Positions 62,601 through 64,000 of a stretch of DNA of 64,000 nucleotides are shown piece by piece (position 1 is the stretch's first letter; every line of letters begins with the position of its first letter). The translations under genes and the position numbers were made by a program. The notes beneath the pieces were generated by a model. That model did not search any database. It had not been told where the DNA came from and worked only from the letters and a program-made list of their open reading frames with translations. The DNA is taken from the NCBI RefSeq assembly GCF_006345805.1, contig NC_042997.1, positions 201,934,001-201,998,000 of the forward strand. Direction: 5' to 3'. The stretch comes from Octopus sinensis. Its lineage: Eukaryota.

Positions 62601-63199
62601 CGACAAACGAATGATTTCATTATAAATCATACGATGTTTCTTATTCCATGTTTATAAATTAGAACTTGTTTGTTTAATTTTATTTGAGCAGTAAAGATTC
62701 CACGTTCTTGATTAAATTTGAATTATTTAACATATTGAAATCAAAGAATAATTAAGTGTACCCAGCATGAAGAGAATTACATGTTATAAATATGCGCATG
62801 TAAAGGTAAACACAATGTTATTTGTTGGCTTTTTTTTTCTTTTTGGTTGATGTTGCGTATACATTTGTTTACATTTGTCAAAGTTTCACAAAAAATAAAT
62901 TAGGTTTACCTGAATACACATTTAAAAACTTTCATATACACTGTTTACGACAATCATAATTAATTTAATAAATGTAATATGGAGATTACGTTTTTTAGCT
63001 GGAAATTAATATAAATATACACATTCACGTAACTGGCACTCCATCAGTTATAATGATGAGGGATCCAGTTGATCCAATCCAGAGAACAGCCTCCTCATGA
63101 AATTAGCATTGCACTCCACTGAAACACGTACCGTTACTGGAGTTCTCAGGGAGATTCAGTGTGACACAGAATGTGAAAAAGCTGGTATTCTGAATTACA

Positions 63200-63505
63200 T
63201 GTGGAGGCACATGGCTTAGTGGTTAGAGCAGCAGACTCACAGTTGAGGGATCGCGGGTTCGAACCTCAGACCAGGCAATGTGTGTGTTTATGAGCGAAAC
63301 ACCTAAGCTCCATGCAGCTCCAATAGAAGGTAATGGTGAACTTCTGCTGACTCTTTCACCCCAACTTTCTCTCACTCTTTCCTCCTGCATCTTGCAGCTC
63401 ACCTGCGATGGACCGGCATCCTGTCCAGGTGGGGAACTTATACGCCAAGGAAACGGGGAAACCGGCCCTAATGAGCCAGGCATGGCTTGAGAAGGAACAA
63501 ACAAA
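63200..63505 (+). mobile_element. tRNA-derived SINE (family 5) nested in a family 4 SINE, 10-bp TSD
   Basis: ctgaattaca at both 63190-63199 and 63506-63515; head gcacatggcttagtggttagagcagcagactc...ggttcgaacc; central cctgcgatggaccggcatcctgtccagg resembles the V/Meta-type domain. Confidence 0.88.
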
Positions 63506-64000
63506 CTGAATTACAGGTACATCACATTTTTGCCACCTGAGTAGACTGGAGCACCATGAAATAAAGTGTCTTGCTCAAGGACTGCCAGGAACAGAACTCA
63601 AAACCTCATGGTTGTAAGCTGAATACCCTAATCATTAAGGCATATACCTTCACCAATCAGTTTCCTAATCATAAATTATTACAAGCCTACACATTCACAT
63701 AACTGGCTCTCCTTCAGTTACAATGACAGGGGTTCCAGTTGATCCAATCAACAGAACAGCTTGCTCTTGTAATTTACATGCACTCCACAGATATGCACAC
63801 ACACACATTTGGCTTCATATATTATTGTGAACCTATTTAAGCTGGCATGTGATCCTCCAAAAAGCAACACATACCCAATTAACTATAGTTACCACACCAA
63901 AGCAATAGCATATGAATGGAAGTCAGCTCTGAAAGCAAGAAGAGAACAGACATCAAAAAATATATAAATATATTAGAATGGCCAAAGGACAATTCAAAAG

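Overview
AT-rich, repeat-saturated metazoan DNA with no recognisable intact protein-coding gene, rRNA, true tRNA gene or CRISPR array. The repeat families resemble those I recall from Octopus/coleoid cephalopod genomes (inference, not searched). Contents: many 5'-truncated RTE-clade LINE copies whose 3' UTR carries a ~62-bp VNTR and a (GAT)n tail; several tRNA-derived SINE families; fragments of CR1, R4/Dong-like and Hero-like LINEs and an APE endonuclease; four Tc1/mariner remnants; hAT- and piggyBac-type MITEs, including an 8-unit tandem MITE array nested in a hAT MITE; abundant microsatellites; and a few low-confidence spliced-exon candidates. Almost all ORFs in the supplied track are artefacts of microsatellites or repeat UTRs. 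The main hidden signal is about nine loci with type I hammerhead-ribozyme-like folds. Several lie in the arms of head-to-head foldback elements, typical of Penelope-like element termini. One is a perfect 157-bp-arm palindrome (42632-42959) with two apparently intact hammerheads, and two others carry the U3-A8 covariant core. The folds were read by eye and none has been tested computationally or biochemically. Repeat boundaries are approximate unless a TSD or TIR is given.
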